The notes beneath the pieces were generated by a model that did not search any database, had not been told where the DNA came from, and saw nothing but the letters and a program-made list of their open reading frames with translations. A DNA stretch of 64,000 bases from positions 1 through 64,000 of the IMG/VR virus record IMGVR_UViG_3300046318_000439, one strand, 5' to 3'. Both the position numbers and the translations under genes were made by a program. Below, one piece after another: positions 1-10,848 of the stretch. The stretch is from a virus. Its lineage: Duplodnaviria; Caudoviricetes. Each line of letters starts with the position of its first letter. The stretch's first letter is position 1.

Positions 1-1338
1 CGTACCATTAGTTCGTATTGCTGCACTATGAGCAGACCCAGCGCTTGCTTGACACCAATCGGTGAATCCCCCAACAACTGAAACTGGTGATAATCTACTA
101 GTAGTAGTACCATCTCCTAATCGACCACAGCAGTTAGACCCCCATGCCCATAATGTGCCATTAGTTCTTATTGCTAAACCATGACACATACCAGCACTTG
201 CTTGACACCAATCAGTAAACCCTCCAACGACTGATACTGGAGACGATCTATTTGTTAAACTACCATCTCCTATCCTACCAGAATTATTTCGCCCCCAACC
301 CCACAATGTGCAATTGGTTCTTATTGCTAAAATATGATCGCACCCAGCACTTATTTGACACCAATCAGTAAACCCGCCAACGACTGATACTGGAGAGGAT
401 CTAGTGGTGGTGGTGCCATCTCCTAAACGACCGTAGTTATTAGATCCCCATGACCACAACGTACCACCTGAACGTATTCCTATTCCAAACTGATTCCCAG
501 TCGATACCCTACACCAATCAGTAAACCCGCCATTAAGAACTGCTGGTACAGCTCCGCAAGTGGTTGCTGTCACTATAGTACCCATTGAACCCCATGCCCA
601 TATATTACCATCAGGCCTCAATGCATGAGCCAACGAGTACCCTAACGAAACATCACACCAATCGGTGATACCACTACCGATGGAGACTGGGGATGTTCTC
701 GACAATGCGCCTACGCAGGCAGTGGCGTTACCTAATTCTCCACATGCTCCACATCCCCACGCCCACATGCTACCATTTTTTCTTACTGCTAAAGTATGAG
801 TTATTCCAGCACTTGCCTGACACCAGTCAGTAAATCCGCCAACGACTGACACTGGAGATGATCTACCAATAGTAGTACCATCTCCCAATTGTCCAGTATA
901 CACATTGCGTCCCCACGCCCACAATGTGCCATTTTCCCTCACTCCTACAGCATGAAGTCCTCCAGCACTTACCTGACGCCAATCTGTAAATCCTCCAACA
1001 ACTACTACTGGGGATGCTTTGCTAACAGAACTATTATCACCGAGAACCCCACAAAAATTGGCTCCCCACGTGTATGCAATCGCAGAAGTTGGTTCATATA
1101 CTGGAATCCATACGTTGCCAGTGCTATAGTATAATGATTCTTCTGCCTGTATAAAATATAACTTACCCAGGCTGCTTGAGGCGGATGGAAGAGATGAAAA
1201 TGTCTGCAAAACCCCTACAGCATTAACCTTTAGTAGCTCAATACTTCTCATCACTGCAAGTAATTTTTCTCTATTACTGTCTAAAGTATTAGCGCATGTA
1301 GTTTCTTGCAGTCTTGTAATCAAATTAGCAATGTTCAT
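1..1338 (-). CDS. RCC1-repeat beta-propeller protein (partial; runs off the window start)
   Basis: Not in the ORF track. The ATG at 1338 overlaps the TGA of the upstream gene. Manual translation gives MNIANLITRLQ..., an N-terminal LPSASSSLGKLYFIQ..YYSTGNVW module, then 7 complete W(A/S/G)WG..G.LG...[15 protein letters not shown] blades, with an 8th starting at the edge. Confidence 0.9.
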   Translation of the reverse strand, partial: MNIANLITRLQETTCANTLDSNREKLLAVMRSIELLKVNAVGVLQTFSSLPSASSSLGKLYFIQAEESLYYSTGNVWIPVYEPTSAIAYTWGANFCGVLGDNSSVSKASPVVVVGGFTDWRQVSAGGLHAVGVRENGTLWAWGRNVYTGQLGDGTTIGRSSPVSVVGGFTDWCQASAGITHTLAVRKNGSMWAWGCGACGELGNATACVGALSRTSPVSIGSGITDWCDVSLGYSLAHALRPDGNIWAWGSMGTIVTATTCGAVPAVLNGGFTDWCRVSTGNQFGIGIRSGGTLWSWGSNNYGRLGDGTTTTRSSPVSVVGGFTDWCQISAGCDHILAIRTNCTLWGWGRNNSGRIGDGSLTNRSSPVSVVGGFTDWCQASAGMCHGLAIRTNGTLWAWGSNCCGRLGDGTTTSRLSPVSVVGGFTDWCQASAGSAHSAAIRTNGT

Positions 1339-3788
1339 CAAACGCCTCTGTTTTTTACTTGTAGTCCAATAGTTGATACAGTTGTAGTATCAATGCAACA
1401 CCAACTAGTAATATCACCACGCACCAGCACTGGAGATGATCTGTCGGTATTAGCACCATCTCCTAACCTACCACATCTACTAACGCCCCAAGTCCATGCT
1501 GTACCATCCATCCTTACAGCTGCACTATGACACGAGCCAGCACTTGTTTGACACCAATCAGTAAATCCACCAACAACTGATACAGGTGAGGATTTATGAA
1601 CAACGGTGTTATCCCCTAAACGTCCGTATACATTACATCCCCATGCCCATAGTGTACCGTTGCGTCTTATTCCTAAACTGTGTTGAGCTCCAGCACTTCC
1701 CTGACACCAATCAGTAAATCCGCCAACAACGGATACGGGGGAACAACGATTAAATACTACTTCATACCCTCGTCCAAGCGTTCCGTTAAGATTTCGACCC
1801 CATCCCCACAATGTACCGTTAGCTCGTATTGCTAAGGTATGAGTAGAACCAGCAATCGTCAGACACCAATCCGTGAACCCGCCAATCACCGATACTGGAG
1901 ATGATCTATTAATAGTAGTACCATCTGCTAATACCCCACAATAATTACTTCCCCACGCCCATAAAGTACCATTAGTTCTTACTGCCAAACTATGATTATA
2001 ACCAGCACTTGCCTGACACCAATCAGTGAATCCGCCAATAACTGATACTGGAGAGGATCTACTAACAGTAGTATTATTTCCTAGTATACCACAATTATTT
2101 CTTCCCCACGACCATAACGTACCATTACATCTCACAGCTAAACTATGACCGCTTCCAGCGCTTGCTTGACACCAGTCTGTAAACCCACCAACTACTGATA
2201 CTGGAGAGCATTTACTAGTATTAGTGTTATCCCCTAACTCACCAAAATTTTGTCCCCATCCCCAGAGTGTACCGTTACATCTTAGTGCTAAATTGTGAGC
2301 TGCCCCAGCACTTGCTTGACACCAATCAGTAAATCCACCAACAACTGATACTGGAGATGATCTACTTGTTATTGTGCCATCTCCCAACCTACCGTTCGAA
2401 TTAACACCCCATGCATATAATACACCATTACTTCTTAATCCTAAACTATGACTGCTTCCAGCGCTTGCCTGACACCAGTCTGTAAACCCACCAACGACTG
2501 ATACTGGTGATGAACGATCCAATATTGTACCATCGCCTAAACGGCCAGCACAATTACACCCCCACGCCCATATTGTGCCATTGGTTCTTACCGCTAAACT
2601 ATGAGTACCGTTAATGCCGCCAACACTTATTTGACACCAATCGGTGAATCCACCAATAACTGATACTGGAGATGATCTAGTGTTGTTTGTGCCATCTCCT
2701 AGACGACCGCAGGCACCAATCCCCCATGCATATAATACACCATTACTTCTTAATCCTAAAGCAAACTGATTTCCAGTAGTCGTCGAACACCAATCTGTAA
2801 ATCCACCAATAACTGATACTGGCGAGGAATATGAACACTCAATTGATTTAGCAATGCCATTACCTAGTTGTCCGCCTTCACCAAGTCCCCATGCCCACAT
2901 TGTTCCATTTTGTCTTGTAGCCACAGTGTGACGGCAACCAACGTTAACCTGACACCAATCAATAAATTCCCCAATAACTGATACTGGAGATGATTTGTTT
3001 GTTTCAGTACCGTCTCCCAAGCTACCGCAGAAATTTCCTCCCCACGCCCACAGTGTGCCATTACATCTAACAGCTGCCGTATGTCCCCCATGAGCACTCA
3101 CTTGACACCAATCAGTAAACCCTCCTGCTACTAATCCTGGGGAACTGCGATTATTAGTAGAATTACTTCCTAAATAACCATTGAACCCCAGCCCCCAAGA
3201 CCACAGAGTGCCATTATTTCGTAGTCCTACAACAGTACCATTACCAACATCAACAGCACACCAATCAGTAAACCCTCCAAGAACAGATACAGGAGATAGA
3301 ACACTTGTCAAACCAGTTGTTGCTCCAATGCCAAGTTCACCACTTGAATTAAGACCCCATGCCCATAACGTGCCATCAGATCTTATAGCAGCTGCGGTGT
3401 TACAACCTATAGCAACATCACACCAATTTGTAAATCCGCCAACAATTGATGTTGGCGACGATCTATCGATAGTAGTATTGTTGTTTCCTAATAACCCAAA
3501 GGCACCACATCCCCAAGTATACACAATACCTTGTTGTGCAGTAGGCTCGTTGTTAAACGTAGACCTCCAACCACTACCATCACTGTAACGATGCTCATTT
3601 ATATCTTCAACATAAAATATTTTACCAACGTGGTTTGCCGCTAAAGGCAGCAAAGCAGTACAAGATACCTTAAATGAATTAACGATGTCAGTAAGTGTAT
3701 TTTTAGCACCAGTAGATTGCCATTCAGTTACGTTATCGCAGGATGTAAATTCATTTATTTTTTGTTGTAAACATTTAATAGGAATCAT
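1338..3788 (-). CDS. RCC1-repeat protein, 14 blades (two 7-bladed propellers), 816 aa
   Basis: ORF track gives 1338..3827. The start is moved to the ATG at 3788 (MIPIKCL), just after the upstream TAA at 3790. 14 (W/Y)xWG repeats with [15 protein letters not shown]. Confidence 0.9.
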   Translation of the reverse strand: MIPIKCLQQKINEFTSCDNVTEWQSTGAKNTLTDIVNSFKVSCTALLPLAANHVGKIFYVEDINEHRYSDGSGWRSTFNNEPTAQQGIVYTWGCGAFGLLGNNNTTIDRSSPTSIVGGFTNWCDVAIGCNTAAAIRSDGTLWAWGLNSSGELGIGATTGLTSVLSPVSVLGGFTDWCAVDVGNGTVVGLRNNGTLWSWGLGFNGYLGSNSTNNRSSPGLVAGGFTDWCQVSAHGGHTAAVRCNGTLWAWGGNFCGSLGDGTETNKSSPVSVIGEFIDWCQVNVGCRHTVATRQNGTMWAWGLGEGGQLGNGIAKSIECSYSSPVSVIGGFTDWCSTTTGNQFALGLRSNGVLYAWGIGACGRLGDGTNNTRSSPVSVIGGFTDWCQISVGGINGTHSLAVRTNGTIWAWGCNCAGRLGDGTILDRSSPVSVVGGFTDWCQASAGSSHSLGLRSNGVLYAWGVNSNGRLGDGTITSRSSPVSVVGGFTDWCQASAGAAHNLALRCNGTLWGWGQNFGELGDNTNTSKCSPVSVVGGFTDWCQASAGSGHSLAVRCNGTLWSWGRNNCGILGNNTTVSRSSPVSVIGGFTDWCQASAGYNHSLAVRTNGTLWAWGSNYCGVLADGTTINRSSPVSVIGGFTDWCLTIAGSTHTLAIRANGTLWGWGRNLNGTLGRGYEVVFNRCSPVSVVGGFTDWCQGSAGAQHSLGIRRNGTLWAWGCNVYGRLGDNTVVHKSSPVSVVGGFTDWCQTSAGSCHSAAVRMDGTAWTWGVSRCGRLGDGANTDRSSPVLVRGDITSWCCIDTTTVSTIGLQVKNRGV

Positions 3789-3789
3789 A

Positions 3790-5139
3790 TTACAACCCTC
3801 TTTTAACTGCTCGAATAGCAGCAACAAAGCATCCCTGCGTACTTACCTGCCACCAGTCAGTGAATCCGCCAATCACGGACACTGGGGATGATCTAGTATC
3901 AGTTGTACCATCTCCTAATTGTCCAGTAGAATTCCCGCCCCATGCCCACATAGTACCATCAGTTCTTACTGCCAAACTATGATTAGAACCAGCACTTGCT
4001 TGACACCAATCAGTAAACCCACCAATAACTGATACTGGAGATGATCTGTCGTTTATTGCGCCATTTCCTAATTTTCCATTCCCATTAGATCCCCATGCCC
4101 AGAGTGTACCGTTACGCCTTATTCCTAATGTATGATTCATAGCACTTGCCTGACACCAGTCAGTAAATCCCCCAACAACTGATACAGGTGATGATCTAGT
4201 ATCAGTTGTACCATCTCCTAGTTCTCCAGTAGAATTCCCGCCCCATGCCCACATAGTACCATCGAGTCTTATTCCTAAACTGTGAGTCAGCCCAGCACTT
4301 GCTTTCCACCAGTCAGTAAATCCTCCAACAACTGATACTGGTGATGATGTACTGGTGGTAGTATCATCTCCTAACTGCCCAATATAATTATTACCCCAAG
4401 CCCATAACGTACCATTACATCTCACAGCTAAACTATGACACAAACCAGCACTTGCTTGACACCAATCTGTAAATCCACCAACGACTGATACCGGAGATGA
4501 TCTACCAATAGTGGTATTAATTCCTAATTGTCCGTCAGAATTCCCGCCCCATGCCCACAATGTACCATTCTTCCTTACTGCTAAATTGTGGTTGAATCCA
4601 GCACTTGCTTGACACCAATCAGTAAACTCACCAACTATAGATACTGGAGATGACCTAGTATTTCCTGCAGTACCATCTCCTAATTCTCCAGAAATGTTTC
4701 CTCCCCATGCCCAGAGTGTACCGTTGCTCCTCAGTCCTAGTGTATGATTTACGTTTGTACTAACTTGGCACCAATCCGTAAATTCACCAATAATTGATGC
4801 TGGTGAAGATGTGTCGGTTGTATTACCATTTCCTAACACGCCGTTGGTATTAGTGCCCCACGACCATATATTTTGCGTTATCCATGAAGGCTCACTATTA
4901 AAATTATTAGCCCAGGATAAACCATCACTATAAACATAATGACACCCACTACGAACAAATATCATTCTGCCTGTATTATTAGCTGCTAATGGTAAAGAGG
5001 CGCATGTATCTACCGCATAATAGGCTTTATCCCCAGCACACTGCATTGCAGTCATTTGTGCTAGTTCAAGTGGCGTTTGATTATAACCATTAACTAACTC
5101 ATTTACTAAGCCAACAACATTTTTAACACTTATTGACAT
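3790..5139 (-). CDS. RCC1-repeat protein, 7 blades, 449 aa
   Basis: 7 WxWG repeats; the N-terminal [14 protein letters not shown]...YSDG..W module is shared with both downstream neighbours. Confidence 0.9.
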   Translation of the reverse strand: MSISVKNVVGLVNELVNGYNQTPLELAQMTAMQCAGDKAYYAVDTCASLPLAANNTGRMIFVRSGCHYVYSDGLSWANNFNSEPSWITQNIWSWGTNTNGVLGNGNTTDTSSPASIIGEFTDWCQVSTNVNHTLGLRSNGTLWAWGGNISGELGDGTAGNTRSSPVSIVGEFTDWCQASAGFNHNLAVRKNGTLWAWGGNSDGQLGINTTIGRSSPVSVVGGFTDWCQASAGLCHSLAVRCNGTLWAWGNNYIGQLGDDTTTSTSSPVSVVGGFTDWWKASAGLTHSLGIRLDGTMWAWGGNSTGELGDGTTDTRSSPVSVVGGFTDWCQASAMNHTLGIRRNGTLWAWGSNGNGKLGNGAINDRSSPVSVIGGFTDWCQASAGSNHSLAVRTDGTMWAWGGNSTGQLGDGTTDTRSSPVSVIGGFTDWWQVSTQGCFVAAIRAVKRGL

Positions 5140-5140
5140 T

Positions 5141-5491
5141 TTATAAACTCAATAACGCTATTGTTCGAGCATATGGATCTAAATCACCAGCAGATCCAGT
5201 AAATCCCACAGATCCAACATATCCTGTAGGTCCAGGAACAGAGCTAGTATATCCTATCGGTCCTTGAGAACCGGTATATCCTGTTAACCCCTGAGAACCA
5301 GTATATCCTAAACCAGCATATTCCCCGATTGACCCAGTATATCCTATTATTCCTTGTGAGCCAGTGTATCCCCTCACGTCGCTCTGAGATCCTGTATATC
5401 CTATTGATCCCTGTGAACCAGTATATCCTATAGAACCAGTGTAACCAGGGGGTATCGTCGATTTTAGAATATTTTTTATATCTATTGGCAT
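5141..5491 (-). CDS. Short collagen-like (Gly-X-Y, GYTGS) protein, 116 aa
   Basis: Almost entirely GYTGS(Q/I)G triplets; N-terminus [10 protein letters not shown] resembles that of 5518..6969. Confidence 0.8.
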   Translation of the reverse strand: MPIDIKNILKSTIPPGYTGSIGYTGSQGSIGYTGSQSDVRGYTGSQGIIGYTGSIGEYAGLGYTGSQGLTGYTGSQGPIGYTSSVPGPTGYVGSVGFTGSAGDLDPYARTIALLSL

Positions 5492-5514
5492 ATTTGAGAT
5501 TTTCTTGTTTTAAT

Positions 5515-5521
5515 TATTTAT
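5515..5521 (-). promoter_or_regulatory. Late-promoter-like ATAAATA
   Basis: Intergenic, upstream of the 5491 start. The same motif recurs just upstream of other structural genes. Confidence 0.45.
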
Positions 5522-6969
5522 GATGGAGGTAAATATTGACGAACAGCAATCCCAGTATCTATCTTGTACCAGTCTGTAAATCCTCCTACAACAGAAACAG
5601 GTGAAGATCTATTAGTAGTTGTTCCGTCGCCCAATTGACCACTAGTGTTTCTTCCCCACGCCCATAGTGTTCCATTATCTCTTCTTCCCGCGCTATGTCT
5701 ATACCCAGCTTTAATTTGACACCAGTCAGTAAATCCTCCTGCTACAGAAGCAGGGGAAGTAGAATTGGACCCATCAACAACGCCAGCACGGCCACATAAA
5801 TTACTTCCCCAAGCCCACAATGTTCCATTTGTTCTTAATGCTAAATTATGACAATGTCCAGCACTTATTTGACACCAATCTGTGAATCCACCAACGACTG
5901 ATACTGGAGAGGATCTGTCAGTAGTTGTACCATCTCCTAACTGTGAGGAACTATTGCGTCCCCAAGCCCATAACGTTCCATTAGTTCTTAATCCTAAACT
6001 ATGATATCCTCCAGCACTTGCCTGACACCAATCGGTAAATCCACCAATAACTGATACTGGAGATGATTTGTTAGTAGTTGTACCGTCACCCAATCGACCA
6101 TAATTTCCTCTTCCCCACGTCCATAAAGTACCGTTAGTACGTAAAGCTAAAACGTGCTGTATTCCCATGCTAGCTGAACACCAATCAGTGAATCCACCAA
6201 CGACTGATACAGGGGAGGACTGATTACCAGTACTACATAAATTTCCTAAGGATCCTTGACCATTATATCCCCATGTCCAAATTGTACCATTAGATCTTAT
6301 TCCCACCATACTCCTAGTACCATGGTTAACATCGACTGAACACCAATCAGTAAATCCGCCAACAACTGATACTGGGGAGGATGAATTAGCACTACTATTG
6401 TTACCAAGTTGCCCAAAGCTATTAAAGCCCCATGTCCACAGTGTTCCGTTTGAGCGTATGGCTGCATTATTGTAGTCAGCTGAACTAATATAACACCAAT
6501 CAGTGAATCCCCCAACGACTGATACTGGAGAGGATTTAGCAACAGTTGTTCCGTCTCCCAACTGTCCAAATGTATTGGGTCCCCAAGCATATGCTAAGTA
6601 TTGAAAAGGATCAGATTGTGATACGTTGGAAATGATTGGTGATATGTTGTCTACTGGAGATGTTCCATTTGACCCAGTATATCCTCGTGAGCCTGTATAT
6701 CCTACTATTGCCGATGCTGCTGATCCAATAAATCCTCTATCCCCTATACTACCAATATATCCAATTTCTCCTTGGCTACCAGTAAACCCAATTTCAGCAA
6801 ACGATCCTGTATACCCTATTTGTCCTTGACTTCCAACGTACCCTTCAACGCCTTGAACCCCAACGCTTCCTGTCTCTCCAATATCACCTTGAAATCCTAC
6901 ATCCCCTCTTGAGCCTGTATACCCTTCTGGAGATGTTTTATTAATTAGCTGCGTTATATTGATTGGCAT
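5518..6969 (-). CDS. Collagen-like stalk fused to a 7-blade RCC1 propeller, 483 aa
   Basis: N-terminal GYTGS/GFTGS triplets followed by 7 WxWG RCC1 repeats. Confidence 0.9.
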   Translation of the reverse strand: MPINITQLINKTSPEGYTGSRGDVGFQGDIGETGSVGVQGVEGYVGSQGQIGYTGSFAEIGFTGSQGEIGYIGSIGDRGFIGSAASAIVGYTGSRGYTGSNGTSPVDNISPIISNVSQSDPFQYLAYAWGPNTFGQLGDGTTVAKSSPVSVVGGFTDWCYISSADYNNAAIRSNGTLWTWGFNSFGQLGNNSSANSSSPVSVVGGFTDWCSVDVNHGTRSMVGIRSNGTIWTWGYNGQGSLGNLCSTGNQSSPVSVVGGFTDWCSASMGIQHVLALRTNGTLWTWGRGNYGRLGDGTTTNKSSPVSVIGGFTDWCQASAGGYHSLGLRTNGTLWAWGRNSSSQLGDGTTTDRSSPVSVVGGFTDWCQISAGHCHNLALRTNGTLWAWGSNLCGRAGVVDGSNSTSPASVAGGFTDWCQIKAGYRHSAGRRDNGTLWAWGRNTSGQLGDGTTTNRSSPVSVVGGFTDWYKIDTGIAVRQYLPPS

Positions 6970-6978
6970 ATTTTTATT

Positions 6979-9900
6979 TTATATTAAACAACGTCTTCTT
7001 ATAGCTATATTAGTACAAGACTTAGAACCTGTATTAACACAAACCCAATCACTATAAGGTGTAATAGATAATGGCGATGAGGCTGATGTAAACTCTCCTA
7101 TCCCTAGGCATGTGTTATTAAAATTATCCCCCCACATCCATATAGTACCGTCACATTTTAATGCCATTGTGGTGCTTGCACCAGTTTTCACTTGACACCA
7201 GTCCGTAAACCCACCAATTACAGATACAGGAGATGATTTATTAATAAATGTCTCTCCATTTCCTAGTGCTCCACTGAACTCATTACTTCCCCATGCCCAT
7301 AATGTACCGTTCCGTCTTAATCCGACTGTGTGGTACCGGGAGCTCACTTGACACCAGTCAGTAAAACCCCCAACGACTGATACTGGAGATGATCTGCTTG
7401 TAGTTGTGCCGTCCCCTAGTTGACCCTTATAGTTATACCCCCACCCCCACATAGTACCATCTGATTTTATAACAAACGTCGAGCTATAGCCAGCAGCCAA
7501 ATGTGTCCAATCCCCAAACCCGTAGATTACAGATACAGGAGAAGATCTACTTATGGTAGTGTTGTCTCCTAGCTGTCCATAATTATTTGCCCCCCAAGTC
7601 CATAGTGTACCATTACAACGTACGCCAATAGTGTGAGCATACCCAGCAACTACTTGACACCAATCTGTAAACCCACCAACGACTGATACTGGAGATGATC
7701 TGCTTGTAGTTGTACCATCTCCCAATCGTCCACTAGAGTTACTCCCCCAAGCCCATAGAGTGCCATTCGTTCTAACAGCTACACTCGATTTGTTTGTCAC
7801 TGCCGCGGAACACCAGTCCGTAAACCCACCAACGACTGATACTGGAGACAGTGGGTATAGATCATTATTTGTTCCTAATTGTCCATCACAATTTAGACCC
7901 CATGCCCAGAGCGTACCATTAGACCTTAGCCCTAACGTATGATATCCACCTACTACTTGACACCAATCGGTGAATCCTCCAAGAACTGATACTGGAGAAG
8001 TGATATCGCATACATTTCCCATACCTAAATTTCTATTTCGACCAGCACCCCAAGCCCATAATGTACCATTGCTTCTAATCGCCAAGTGTGAAATTGATCC
8101 TGCAACTATACAACACCAATCGTTATATCCTCCAATAACTGATACTGGAGAAGTCTCAACAGGTAATATAGAACATGCTTGCCCTAAACCTCCAAACAGC
8201 TCGTACCCCCAAGCCCATAAAGTTCCGTTAGTTCTCAATCCTAAACTGTGTTTGTGTCCAGCGCTTACTTGACACCAATCAGTAAATCCGCCAACGACTG
8301 ATACTGGCGACGAACGGTCAATTAGGGTACAATCTCCCAATCGTCCATGGTAATTACAACCCCACGCCCATAATGTTCCATTAGTCCTTAAGCCTAAACT
8401 ATGATATCCTCCAGCGCTTGCTTGGCACCAATCTGCAAATCCGCCAACGACTGATACTGGAGATGATTTATTAAATACAATATCGTCGCCAACCCCTAAT
8501 ACTCCAACCCCTTGGTTGTTGATTCCAATTGTCCACATTGTGCCATTACATCTTATTCCAACTGCATAGCAATTTTCGTTGCTAATAGCACACCAATCGT
8601 TAAAATCCTCCATAAAAGGTGTAGGACATCTATATTGTCCCCCCCAACAAAAAGCAGAACCATCACACCGTACAGCAGCAGTATTATACTCTGAGCTTGA
8701 GCAATTTAATGTGAGCCAAGTAGTATTGCCGAAAACTGGGGTAGGAGAGCAGCGGCCTGAAAACCCTCCATCTCCTAATGGAAGAACATTTCCAAACATC
8801 CACATCTTTCCATCACACGTCAACGCCGCGGTAGAATAACACTGAGCCCTTACTTGGCGCCAGTTTGTGATGCCACCAATAACTGATACTGGAGATGATT
8901 TATTAGTTGTTGTATTATCCCCGAGTTGCCCTTCAGTGCCACGACCCCATGTCCAAGCAGTACCATTGGTCCTTAAGCCTATACTATGAAATCCTCCAGC
9001 ACTTACCTGACACCAATCAGTAAATCCGCCAACGACTGATACAGGTGAAGATGTACCACCAATAGTGCCATTTCCTAGTTCGCCAAGAGTATTCCGACCC
9101 CAAGCCCATAAGGTTCCATTAGTCCTTAAGCCTAAACTATGATTACTTCCAGCACTAGCTTGACACCAATCAGTAAACCCACCGACTACAGATATTGGAG
9201 ATGACCTATTATTTGTGGTACCATCTCCCAGTTGCCCTTCCCAATTAACGCCCCATGCCCATAACGTACCATTACATCTCACAGCCAAATGGTGACCATT
9301 ACCACTACTTACATAGCACCAGTCCACAATTCCACCAACAACCGATACTGGCGACGACCTACCAATAGTAGTACCATCTCCCAACCTACCATTCGTATTG
9401 GACCCCCATGCCCATAATGTTCCATTGGTCCTTTGAGCTAGAACATTTAGTTCCCCAGTTCCCACCCAACACCAATCAGTCAATCCACCAACGACTGATA
9501 CTGGAGACATAGTCCTGTAAGGTTTTATTGATCCTTCATTATTTCCAAGTTGTCCATGCTGATTTTGCCCCCAAGCCCACATTGTACCATTCGTTCTTAC
9601 TGCCAAGCTATGATTAGTTCCAGCACTTGCCTGACACCAATCAGTAAATCCTCCTACAACAGAAACAGGTGAAGATCTACTAGTTGTTGTACCATCTCCC
9701 AGTATACCCCTAAAATTATCCCCCCATGCCCACAATGTGCCGTTGGTCCTTATACCTAAATTATGATAGTTTCCAGGACTCGCTTGGCACCAATCGGTAA
9801 AGCCACCGACAACTGATACTGGAGATGTTTTATTAGTTGTAGTATTGTCCCCTAGTTGGCCTCTATAATTATTACCCCACCCCCATAAAGTTCCAGTACA

Positions 9901-10845
9901 GCATCTTCCAATTATGTGAGATGATCCTGCATCGATTGAAATAAAACATGATCTTTGTGTAGTGGTCGAGACTGCTGTATAGGTGAATCGCTGGCTAGAA
10001 AAAGCAGTGCTATCGAGTGTTGCTATTTGATTTGATTCAGTGAACACTCCACTTATCCCATTTGTGCCGAGCGCATTCGTCCCAATATGTAAATCGAATT
10101 GGTTTGGGTTATTCTCATAAAATACAATTTCCCATACCATATTAGGCGAGCCAAGAGTTCCACTTGTAGCTGCTGTACCTTCAAATCTAGCTCTATAAGT
10201 TCTATTTGGAGCCACGCCTTCAGTACCGAAATATATCCTTTGCCCTGAATTATCAGCGGCCGATATCATAATCTTTGGTAAGTTGGGATTGGACGCGGAT
10301 AAGCTAGAATAAACATTCGAACCGCTTCCAAATGTTATATAAGAATTAGTTCCTACCCAAAAACCACTATAAGAAATTCCATTAAATATAATATTCCATG
10401 GCACTGAACAAAACCAATACCCATCATCATTATTTCCAATAGGCGTTGTTGAAGATTCAAGGGACGCTGCCCCAATCAAGTTCTGGGGTATGCTAACACT
10501 TGAGTATGCACTCCCTGAAGTAGAAGTAATGGATACATCTTGTGGTAGTATTAAACAGTTTGGCATGTTATCAACTCTTGCCCTGCTTCCCCAAACTCTT
10601 GTCACACCATCTCTACCGATACCTCCGACGGCGTTTTTTCCCATACTGATTGAACACCAGTTGTTGAATTGTGCAGCTACTGGGGTAGGCGAACGAACAG
10701 CGCAAACAGCTCTATTATTGATACCCAATACCCCTTCACACGGAGTGTCACGATTTAACCCCCATGTGTATGCTACATCTTCAGTATTGCGGGGTTGTAT
10801 ATCGGTTGTTAAATTGGTGCCAGTAAATAGAGAGAATAATGGCAT
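6979..10845 (-). CDS. RCC1-repeat protein, ~21 blades (three propellers) with an inserted beta-rich domain, 1288 aa
   Basis: 21 WxWG-type repeats by manual count, 4 of them degenerate. A non-repeat insert (VPWNIIFNGISYSGFWVGTNSYITFG...) follows blade 2. Confidence 0.9.
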   Translation of the reverse strand: MPLFSLFTGTNLTTDIQPRNTEDVAYTWGLNRDTPCEGVLGINNRAVCAVRSPTPVAAQFNNWCSISMGKNAVGGIGRDGVTRVWGSRARVDNMPNCLILPQDVSITSTSGSAYSSVSIPQNLIGAASLESSTTPIGNNDDGYWFCSVPWNIIFNGISYSGFWVGTNSYITFGSGSNVYSSLSASNPNLPKIMISAADNSGQRIYFGTEGVAPNRTYRARFEGTAATSGTLGSPNMVWEIVFYENNPNQFDLHIGTNALGTNGISGVFTESNQIATLDSTAFSSQRFTYTAVSTTTQRSCFISIDAGSSHIIGRCCTGTLWGWGNNYRGQLGDNTTTNKTSPVSVVGGFTDWCQASPGNYHNLGIRTNGTLWAWGDNFRGILGDGTTTSRSSPVSVVGGFTDWCQASAGTNHSLAVRTNGTMWAWGQNQHGQLGNNEGSIKPYRTMSPVSVVGGLTDWCWVGTGELNVLAQRTNGTLWAWGSNTNGRLGDGTTIGRSSPVSVVGGIVDWCYVSSGNGHHLAVRCNGTLWAWGVNWEGQLGDGTTNNRSSPISVVGGFTDWCQASAGSNHSLGLRTNGTLWAWGRNTLGELGNGTIGGTSSPVSVVGGFTDWCQVSAGGFHSIGLRTNGTAWTWGRGTEGQLGDNTTTNKSSPVSVIGGITNWRQVRAQCYSTAALTCDGKMWMFGNVLPLGDGGFSGRCSPTPVFGNTTWLTLNCSSSEYNTAAVRCDGSAFCWGGQYRCPTPFMEDFNDWCAISNENCYAVGIRCNGTMWTIGINNQGVGVLGVGDDIVFNKSSPVSVVGGFADWCQASAGGYHSLGLRTNGTLWAWGCNYHGRLGDCTLIDRSSPVSVVGGFTDWCQVSAGHKHSLGLRTNGTLWAWGYELFGGLGQACSILPVETSPVSVIGGYNDWCCIVAGSISHLAIRSNGTLWAWGAGRNRNLGMGNVCDITSPVSVLGGFTDWCQVVGGYHTLGLRSNGTLWAWGLNCDGQLGTNNDLYPLSPVSVVGGFTDWCSAAVTNKSSVAVRTNGTLWAWGSNSSGRLGDGTTTSRSSPVSVVGGFTDWCQVVAGYAHTIGVRCNGTLWTWGANNYGQLGDNTTISRSSPVSVIYGFGDWTHLAAGYSSTFVIKSDGTMWGWGYNYKGQLGDGTTTSRSSPVSVVGGFTDWCQVSSRYHTVGLRRNGTLWAWGSNEFSGALGNGETFINKSSPVSVIGGFTDWCQVKTGASTTMALKCDGTIWMWGDNFNNTCLGIGEFTSASSPLSITPYSDWVCVNTGSKSCTNIAIRRRCLI

Positions 10846-10848
10846 AAT

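Larger units (their letters stand above)
1..10780 (-). repeat. Coding tandem RCC1 repeat array (~155-165 bp unit) spanning five genes
   Basis: Recurrent plus-strand motif such as gacaccaatcagtaaatccaccaacgactgatactggagatga ([15 protein letters not shown]), varying mostly at synonymous positions. Confidence 0.9.

Noticed and set aside
1-10845. Diversity-generating retroelement acting on the RCC1 repeats
   Set aside because: There is no reverse transcriptase or non-coding template repeat in the window. Repeat differences are mostly synonymous third-position changes, not adenine-specific.
1-10845. Eukaryotic or giant-virus origin because of RCC1 and collagen genes
   Set aside because: T4-like baseplate genes, Shine-Dalgarno sites, overlapping operonic genes and TATAAATA late promoters indicate a tailed bacteriophage.
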